A stretch of DNA of 64,000 nt from a virus (lineage: Duplodnaviria > Heunggongvirae > Uroviricota > Caudoviricetes). The notes beneath the pieces are model-generated. The model worked only from the letters and a program-made list of their open reading frames with translations. It had not been told where the DNA came from and ran no database searches. Position 1 is the first letter of the stretch. Each line of letters starts with the position of its first letter. This document shows, one piece after another, positions 48,323 through 56,700 of the stretch. Made by a program: the position numbers and the translations under genes. The stretch lies in IMG/VR virus record IMGVR_UViG_3300009614_000107; one strand, given 5' to 3'.

Positions 48323-48476
48323 TGGTGCTCTCTTTGGGATTCGAACCCAAGTTGATGGGTATCTTCGAGATGCCGAAACGCCCCACCAGGTTTTACTCGT
48401 CTTAGCGCAATGTTCCTCACGGATACATTCATCTCTTGAAAGCCCACCGTCCTTGACCTAGCTGAACGAAGAGAGC
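48323..48476 (-). tRNA. tRNA-Glu(TTC) with 76-nt intron (48361..48436)
   Basis: Strict BHB: CTTT/GAAG central helix, GAGATG/CATCTC outer helix. Confidence 0.9.
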
Positions 48477-48478
48477 TT

Positions 48479-48548
48479 TAGGACGGTAATCTAAAGGAAG
48501 TGCATAGTGCTGTGCAGTGTGCGGTTTTCCTTTGTGACTACCGTCCTA
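48479..48548 (-). ncRNA. 70-nt rod-like hairpin heading the tRNA operon
   Basis: TAGGACGGTA/TACCGTCCTA and AAAGGAA/TTCCTTT stems; between the TATA (48570) and tRNA-Glu. Confidence 0.55.
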
Positions 48549-48813
48549 TACGTAAAAAAACAGTATGCGTTTATAAATTTTATGCCGTCTTAGGTTCTAG
48601 CTTTTCCTTATCTTTCATCATATCTCTGATTTCTCTGAGATATGAGTTCATTGTACTGACCCTAATTAAGAGCCAGACTGATGCTCCAACAAATATTACA
48701 ACTGCTGGATATACCCAAGAGGCAAGAAGCCAGAATATAATTGTATCCGAGAACGCCAACGTTTTGTCGCCATACAGATAATATATAGTGTATTTATAAA
48801 GATTGTTGAATTT

Positions 48814-48887
48814 TGGTGGGATCGGGAAGAGTTGAACTTCCCTCTCGTGGTTCCAAGCCACGAAGCCTACCGATAGCCCACGATCCC
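48814..48887 (-). tRNA. tRNA-Pro(TGG)
   Basis: Loop CT-TGG-AA, CCA encoded. Confidence 0.92.
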
Positions 48888-48922
48888 ATTTATGGGTAGC
48901 TTCAATTTTTGTTCCGCTACCA

Positions 48923-48977
48923 CCTTTACTGCACTACACTTTACAGCACTTAACTTTACTATACTTCACTCATCTAC
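48923..48977. repeat. 5-nt periodic tract (ACNNN)n, about 11 units
   Basis: ccttt actgc actac acttt acagc actta acttt actat acttc actca tctac. Confidence 0.8.
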
Positions 48978-49037
48978 TTTAACCCAGCTTCAAAGTGCTG
49001 AGTATATTAGATTCTAAGCTAGGATTTATAAATATTG

Positions 49038-49541
49038 TTATTGAAAATCTCTTAGATGTGGATGATCATCTTTTTTATCCAATTTTTTAATCACAGCTTC
49101 AATATTTTTGCCGTTTGGCATTGCTAGATCTCCATCACCTAAAACAATTAGATGATCACCACCACCAAGGGCATTCATTATTAGGCTTAATCTTGGTGTT
49201 CTAATAAATTTGTGGTATAGAACTACTGGGAAGATATCGGACATCTTCTCAATTTTCTCAGGTATTTGTGGATAAGTGCCATCTTTATAATATTTTTCAA
49301 ATGAAACATTACCAACTTTGGTTGGAAGCATTTTGATTAGCCAATATTTCTTTGTCTCTTCTTTGACATAAGGAACTAATTGAAAATCAGCCATACCCAG
49401 AGTTTCACAACGGACTTGGAAGGCTTTGGCATCAATGCCTTTTATAATATATATGCTATCGTCTGGAAGAACAACATCAATGTGAAGATTTGCACACTGA
49501 TCCTCAAACTCCTTCAACTTCTTTTCTGACACAGATAGCAT
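49038..49541 (-). CDS. hypothetical protein
   Basis: 167 aa ORF after a TATA motif. Confidence 0.6.
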   Translation of the reverse strand: MLSVSEKKLKEFEDQCANLHIDVVLPDDSIYIIKGIDAKAFQVRCETLGMADFQLVPYVKEETKKYWLIKMLPTKVGNVSFEKYYKDGTYPQIPEKIEKMSDIFPVVLYHKFIRTPRLSLIMNALGGGDHLIVLGDGDLAMPNGKNIEAVIKKLDKKDDHPHLRDFQ

Positions 49542-49598
49542 ATGATCATCTATAACAAATAGAAATATGTGTATTTATAAATATTTGGACAGGATTGG

Positions 49599-49835
49599 CT
49601 ACTCTTTACGATTTGGGAATTCATACATATGGATCATATATATCCAGACTAAACCATCCTCAAACAGTGAGAAACCGATTGCAATCATAAGACCAGCGAA
49701 GCCTGGGGTGTGTGTGTTATTTTCCCATATATTTAGTCCAGTGAACCATAGACCGAAAGTCATAAAGTCTAGTCCTACTGCAAGGAGCAAGGCTAGATAT
49801 GTCTGGGAAACCCTGCTAAGTGTTTCTTTATACAT
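49599..49835 (-). CDS. small 2-TM protein
   Basis: 78 aa ORF. Confidence 0.5.
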   Translation of the reverse strand: MYKETLSRVSQTYLALLLAVGLDFMTFGLWFTGLNIWENNTHTPGFAGLMIAIGFSLFEDGLVWIYMIHMYEFPNRKE

Positions 49836-49879
49836 CTGTTGTCACTGTAAGAGAAGTAGTGTGTACGTTTATAAATATT

Positions 49880-49957
49880 TGGTAGAGTCAGAGAGATTCG
49901 GACTCTCGTCCCTGGGTTCAAAGCCCAGTGTCCTTGTCCAGGCTAAACGATGACTCT
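49880..49957 (-). tRNA. tRNA-Gln(TTG)
   Basis: Loop CT-TTG-AA; A1-U72 (archaeal GatDE identity element). Confidence 0.92.
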
Positions 49958-49961
49958 TCAT

Positions 49962-50037
49962 TGGTACTCCCACACAGGTTCGAACTGAGGTTTATGCCTT
50001 CAGGGGGCATCGTCCTTGACCACTGAACGATGGGAGT
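49962..50037 (-). tRNA. tRNA-Gln(CTG)
   Basis: Loop CC-CTG-AA; A1-U72. Confidence 0.85.
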
Positions 50038-50079
50038 CCTGAGTGCTATGTTAGATATTGAGATTATAAATATTTGGTA

Positions 50080-50685
50080 TTACACCAATCTCCAATCAAC
50101 TGTCTTATTTTCTGGCTTATTCTGGAAACTAAAGGAGAACATTGGTGTTGTTGTGATTTTATGAATTATCCAGATTGGCTGATAAATGGGATCCCAGCCA
50201 CCTAGAACATAAAGAGCATCAAGAATAAAGAATCCACTGAACCACATATAGGCATAAACACATAATGCTACTATTGGCAAAATTAGCTGTTTTTTGTCAA
50301 AAGTATATATCTTCCGTTTTCCGACCAAGAAATAAACTAAACCCACACCAACAAGGAAATTAAATACAAATCCATACCAGTATGGCTCAGGTAATCCTGA
50401 TGCTAGATGGGATAGAAGTTCCCAGACTAATCCAGAGGCATATAGACCTGTGATTATGAGTGCCAACGATAACAAGGAACGTCTAGGTTGAGAAACGTGC
50501 TGATATTGTTTGCACCCTATGTAGTACGATATCCCGATGAGGACAAAGGTGATGTTGTGCATTAGGTGGAAGGGAAAATCTGCGTACAGCCCAAAGGCAA
50601 CGAACCTGTAAATCCCATAGGAGAGTGTCAAGGCAAGCGGAATATAGAGAAGAATGAAATTAAGTTTCTTGTAATCGTTGAGCAC
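50080..50685 (-). CDS. multi-pass membrane protein
   Basis: 201 aa, 5-6 TM. Confidence 0.65.
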   Translation of the reverse strand: MLNDYKKLNFILLYIPLALTLSYGIYRFVAFGLYADFPFHLMHNITFVLIGISYYIGCKQYQHVSQPRRSLLSLALIITGLYASGLVWELLSHLASGLPEPYWYGFVFNFLVGVGLVYFLVGKRKIYTFDKKQLILPIVALCVYAYMWFSGFFILDALYVLGGWDPIYQPIWIIHKITTTPMFSFSFQNKPENKTVDWRLV

Positions 50686-50721
50686 GGATTAAAAAGACCG
50701 TGTGAGTTTATAAAGATTAGA

Positions 50722-53700
50722 TTAAATTGGTGCTCCTAGTCTCAGAGCATACATTATACGGAACACCATATCTATGACGAAATTCAAGACCCTGAAAAGT
50801 ATGTCTGTGATGTAGCCGATTACCCAAGTGATTATCTGTATATCATTGATGAGGACGTATAGGAAGCCCATACCTGATCTTCTGGTTCTGTCCTCAAGAG
50901 AGTCGAACCACCAGATTAATATGAATATTGGAACTATGCCAATCCAAACTGCTACATTTAAAGTTACCCATAAGTCACCAAGACCTGTTGAAACACCGTA
51001 GACTGATTGTGAGCCACCATTTACTAGTAGTCTCATAAAGTTAAAGATGTAGAGGAAGAGGTTAATCATTGCAACAAACCAATAGAATATGCTACCGAAA
51101 ATGAAGGTAATCATACTCATAATAGCCTGTATAATTGCAATTATGTTTGTAACACTGTATGTGAAATATGTGGCAAAAGCTGTAATCATTCCCTGAACCG
51201 TGGCAACAAAGTCCTTAATTCCGAATACTGAGAATGCCTGGTTGATGATTGCTACAACTGCAAAGAATGATGTTGTTCCAGCAGATAGAAGTGCCTGTAG
51301 GAGTGGCTTCATTACGCCTTCAGTCATCATTAACATCAGGGCTGTGAGGAATCCGTTTGACATAGTTGGTTGAACAGTTGGTGTGTAAACAGGTGTGTCG
51401 ATTCCAACATTTGCACCAACTTTTGCTGGAAGAGTCTGGAAGCCCAATGAGTCATAGTTGATTAACCTCCACTGGTGGCTATCACAATTTGTTGCTCCTC
51501 CACCTTTGGCTATCTTTGCAACTTTTGCCCAGACTTTGAAGAGTTGTATGTCGTTTACGCCTATGATGTTGCTGTTCTTGTCGAGTAGATCATCCTTGAA
51601 GAGTGAATCATCTGAAAGTCCCTTTATTGGGGACCAGCTAGAGAATGGACCCCAACCACCTTCCTGCATACCATAGTATTCTGCGTTTACACGACCAGCA
51701 GCGATTGATGAACCTTCTTCTCCACCAATCCATAAGTCGATGTGTAGTGCAAATTGTGTTGTTGTGTCTGTGTGGCTGATTGCTTCGTAATAGGCATATA
51801 TCTGGTCAGTTTTGACTAAAACACCTCTGTTATACCAAGAAACATCAAGCAGAACCCAAGCCTGGTTAGGTGAGGTTAGGTGTTCACCAGCATCTCCTTT
51901 TGCTACTTCAATGTGAACTTTCCAGCCTTCTATCCAAGCACCTTTAGTCCAGTAATCTACACCATATTCTATATAACCTGTATTGTTGTGTTCAGTTGGG
52001 CAATACCAAATATCATCACCTGGATAGCCATTTGTTGTGTTCTGGAATATGTGTACCAGAATGTTTACGTGCTGGAAATTGCGCCAAGTGACATTTTCTC
52101 TAGCATAACTTCCCAGAGTTGAGTTCTTTGCTTCGAGCTCCCAAACTGTGTTGCCAGGTATTACCTGACCGTCACCAGCAGTTTGGGTTTCTGTTAATCC
52201 ACCATAGTTGTAGATGTTGAAATAATTGAGTTGGTTGAGTTCTATACCATCGTGCTGTCCTGCAATTGTTGTGTTGCAGTACATATAGAGATCTACACCA
52301 AGGGCATCCTGAACGTTCTCTGCAACATAGGTTTCCCAATCCATATTGTAGTCGTTTCCTTCAGTTGAGTTTGTTACCTGTACTTTGTTAGCGTAATTAG
52401 ATGTTACTAAACCAGTGTTGCTAACTCTATTGAAACTTAGAGTTGTGAATGAAACACCATCTGAGAAAATAACGGCCATAAAGTTAAGTGGATATGATGA
52501 ATTCTGTCTAACGAATGTTCCTAAGAAGTGGTAACTCTGTCCTGAGAATACCCAGTTTCCTGCGTTCATATCAGTTATTGATGATACTAGGTTGTATGGG
52601 AATGGAGAGATTGGCTGGAACCTAATTGTTACAGTTTGTGTTCCTACTGGAACATAGTCTAATATACGAACTTCATCTAGCAGACCACTAAAGTGACTAC
52701 TTGTTGTGACTGATGCGCCTATGTAAACTGGGTTAGCGTTTGTGTTAATTGAACCGATTGTTGGTTGTGTTAGGATTAGAGTACCATTGACATAAAGATA
52801 AACATTTGAACCATCATAAGCACCAGCAACATAGCACCAATTTTTATTTGTGACATTTGAAACTGAATCTATATTTACAGCATCAATTGTCATTCTAAGT
52901 CCGTGATTGGACAGAAGTTCTAGACCATAACATCCCTGTTTGGTTATGATACCTTGAACTCCTGTGTTGTTTGATTTTATCCAAGCTGATAGGTAGATGT
53001 TAGTTGTAATATCTAATGATGGTGAATCTGTAACTGTAACGTTGCCAATTCCATTGAAACTAAGTCCACGTCCATAATATCCAAATCCAGTTCTTTTAAC
53101 AGTTAGTGCAATTACACCATTATTACCCTTTGTGCTTGAATCTTTTGCCGTTAATCCTACTTCATCATCAAATGACATAGAAAGTTGGGCATCAATTGTT
53201 ATTATTACTACAACATTTCCACTTGGATCATCCCTTGATACTGCACCATATGGTAGTCCTGTCGAAGATGTTAATATTGTTTCTGTTGTTAGTGAACTCA
53301 ATGTTAGTGAATCTGTGGTTGTTGTGGTAAGTGTGGTTGATGTTAATTGTGTGGTTGTTTCAGTGTTTGTTGTAACTGGAGTAACATCTGTAGTACAAGC
53401 ATTTGCACTTGTAGTTGTTTCTGTAATACATGATGTTGTATATGTTATTGTAGTTGTTGTCGTTGTTTTTGTCGTTGTTGTAACAGAGAATGTAACTGAA
53501 GTTGTTGCACATGTTGTACTTGTAGGTGTTGTTGTTTCAATGGTTGTTGTTGACCAAGTTTGCCAACCAGTTCCTAATGCTGATTCAACACCACCAGTTG
53601 CGCCAAGAACACCATCAGATGATGCGTAATACTGACCAGCGCATCCGTACAAGTATTCCCAAGCTGTTGTTTGGCATCCAGTTCTTGTTAGTGTTGTTAG

Positions 53701-56700
53701 AAGAACTGTTCTTGAAGAATCTGAATATATTTTAAGTGTTAGAGTTGTACCAGTCCTCTGCATTGTAAGATAATAATAAACATTTGGAGAAATTGAATAG
53801 CCTGTTCCACCAGCACCACCAACATCATTTAGACTTAGTGTATATGCTGAACCACCATCAAAACGGAAAACAGCACCTTGGTAGCTTGTTAGTGATTCTA
53901 ATCCACCTATTATGTTTGAGACACCACACATCATTATGTAGACACTGGCGTATGCTCCAGCATTGTCTAATCTAACAGTATCATAAATTGTATAGTCACC
54001 TGTGAACCAGTTTGCACCATAATCTTGGTAGAGGTACATATGGTTCTGTCTGTGGTAGACAATGCTGATCGATGTTGGGCTGTTAATTGTAAGTCTGTTG
54101 TTTGGGTCAACTTCAACCATATCATTGTAATTTATTGTATATGCTGAGTAGGATGATGCTGTAGAAGTAGTAACTAAATTAGTATCCAAACTTGTAATTG
54201 TGGTTCCTTCAATATCTGTGGATGTAACCAGATAAGTAGTTGTTGTGAGTGTTGTTGGTGTGGTTTCTATTGTGGTTGTTGTTAATGTTGTAGTATATGA
54301 TGTTGAAGAGTAACAAGTAGTTTCTGTTGTAAATGATACTGTTCCATCAGCAGCTAAGTGGAAGAAAACATGATATGTGTTGACCTGTACTGATGCTGGT
54401 GCATTGAAAGTTATATTAAAGAAGCCATTCTTTGGTGAGCCACTACCCACTGTTACATCAGATGCGTCCTCTATCTCGATTGCTGTGAATTCTGAGTCTG
54501 GTGGTGAAAGTGTGCTTGGTAGGTTGCTTGATGTTGTTAGAGCATATTTCACATAGCCTGTAAGTCTAACTGGGAAATTTACTGGAACATATGTGCAGTT
54601 TCCAACAAAGTTTGAGGTAATTATACGTGTTATTACATTGAAATAATTAGATTGAAGTGTTAAGAAACCAAGTGTTCCACTTCCAGTACTAATAACTTTG
54701 ACTGAAATGTCATTACCCATAGCCTGTGGATAAAGCCACTCAAATCTTATTGCAAGTGTTAAAGTTCCTGTATCTCCATTTTTACCCCAAGAGCACTGTG
54801 GGCCATTTAATGTTATGAGTGTGGTTCCTGTGAAGATTGTGAATGTTGGTGCTGTGTTTAAGTTGGTTCCTCTGATTTCAAATTGTGTTGAGCCAGATAA
54901 CACACCACGTAGATAGATATCCGTAACCGAGTTTATTCCTGTTGGATCATGAACTGTTACAATAAAGTTGTAATATCTTTTTGTTGCATAGCAGTTTGAT
55001 GTATCATCCATATTTGAAATTGATGCAGTTGCTGTGAATCCTTGGCTTGTAAAAGATGCTACAATTGTGTGTGCTTCATTAACATTTGTAAATAGATAAG
55101 ATGATACTACACCAACTGATACACCGTCAACAACAACATCTGATATTGAGTAGCCTGGACTTGCTGTAATTGTAAATCCTTGGTTAGCACCAGGTGTCAC
55201 TGGAATCGAGCCAGATGGACTTATTGTACCGCTACCACTACCAACACTTGCTTCAATATCATAGGTTGTTATAGACTGAATATAGAAGAGAGAAACATCA
55301 TCCACCCAGACTGGATTGTTGTTATTTCCGTTAAATTCTATTTGTGTAATTATTAAGCCAGGGGTGAAATCTGGAAATGTATAGTGACCCCAAGTTTTTG
55401 GTGAATCTGTAACTGAAAATGTTTGCACTTGTGTTGATGCGTCATTATATGTGATTGTAACTGTAATTGTTGCAAAACCAGCATCGTTGCGAAGTAACCA
55501 GAAGTTGAGATTGCCCTGAACTGTGTTTACATCAATGTTTAATGGCTGACTATAAAAGTTGGAATATGTGAAACCTGAACGAAGTCCAGTGTGTGCATAT
55601 TGTGTACTATAGTCAACACCAGCAGACCAAGCTAGATCATTTTCGAAGCCACCATTAATTATTCCCTGTGCAAGTCCACCTGTTAGCATAAAACTATAAA
55701 CAGTGCTAAGTCCAGCCTGATTGTAATCTAAGGCGTAGAAACCACTGTTGTAGACATCTGCTACTTCATCAAGCTGTAAGAATGTTGGGAAATCACCAGT
55801 TGTTGGTAAGTTTCCAATTTGGATAGGTGTCTGATACACACCAGATATTGTTGAGGAATAGTAAAGGTTTCCATTAAATGGATCCTGATAGAGAATTGTT
55901 TTCTCAAGTGTTTGTCCATTTATTGAAATTGTTGGCATTGCGCCAAAATCTACACTTACACCCATATCGTCTATGAGTGTTGCTGAACCCCAGCCAGAAT
56001 CGTATGTGTCTGCATAAACATCAACGTGGTTTGCATTTTTATAACCGAATGTTAAGTAGGATTTTCCACTTGGATCGGTTTCGGCAGCACCAACTGACCA
56101 AGCATTTGCCCTGATGTTATATCCGAGTATTTGTGAATTATGCCAACCGTTGTTGTTATCCCATTCCTCAGAATTTAATCTGGTTGTTAATGGATTTTGC
56201 CAAATTCCTAGGAATGTGTTGACACCTTCTGCAACTGCTGTCAATTTATCGTGTCCAGCAGCAGTTGTACCAGTAATTGTTGCTAAAACGGTATAAACCG
56301 CACCACCTGACCAAACACCATTGTTTAGTGTGTTTCTTGCTGCTGTAATTGTATCTGTTCCAGTTCCAGAACTGTCATAAACATCATAAAGCACAACATC
56401 ATAATAGTTGCTTGGAGTTACTTCTATTCTACAGACACTAACCGCCTGAATGTTGTTTATACCAGCATTGGATAGGACTTGCTGGTATGGATTATCCCAA
56501 GTTATTGTTCCATCAAAGTTTGGAACACCTGTTCTATATTCTATACATCCACTATAATTTATGTTATCAATGTAAACTAAAATTATTTTATTTGTTGTAA
56601 TATCATATCTAACATCAAATGTGAATGGTGTAGGACCAGCAATTGGAACTAGAATTGTGTAATCACTCCAATTTGGATCACCAATTGGTCTTGTCTGGAA

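Larger units (their letters stand above)
17736..50715 (-). promoter_or_regulatory. dozens of copies of the archaeal TATA-type promoter (A)AATATTTATAAA
   Basis: Seen on the + strand as tttataaatatt, e.g. 17736, 28312, 28489, 28658, 29972, 30691, 31108, 40715, 48570, 49025; RNA 5' ends fall about 22-25 nt downstream. Confidence 0.85.

Noticed and set aside
48200-48436. Box C/D guide RNAs inside the Gly and Glu introns
   Set aside because: Only partial matches (GTGAGGA, CTAA); no properly spaced RTGATGA/CTGA pair
46921-48781. Plus-strand ORFs over the tRNA cluster (e.g. 46921..47739, 272 aa)
   Set aside because: They run antisense through well-formed tRNA genes; GC-rich tRNA sequence explains the missing stops
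48580-48861. 93-aa ORF as listed
   Set aside because: Its start lies inside tRNA-Pro and it runs across a TATA box; only a shorter TM-coding 3' part is plausible and its start is uncertain
46350-50037. Suppressor tRNAs or stop-codon reassignment
   Set aside because: No CTA, TTA or TCA anticodons, and long genes read intact under the standard code
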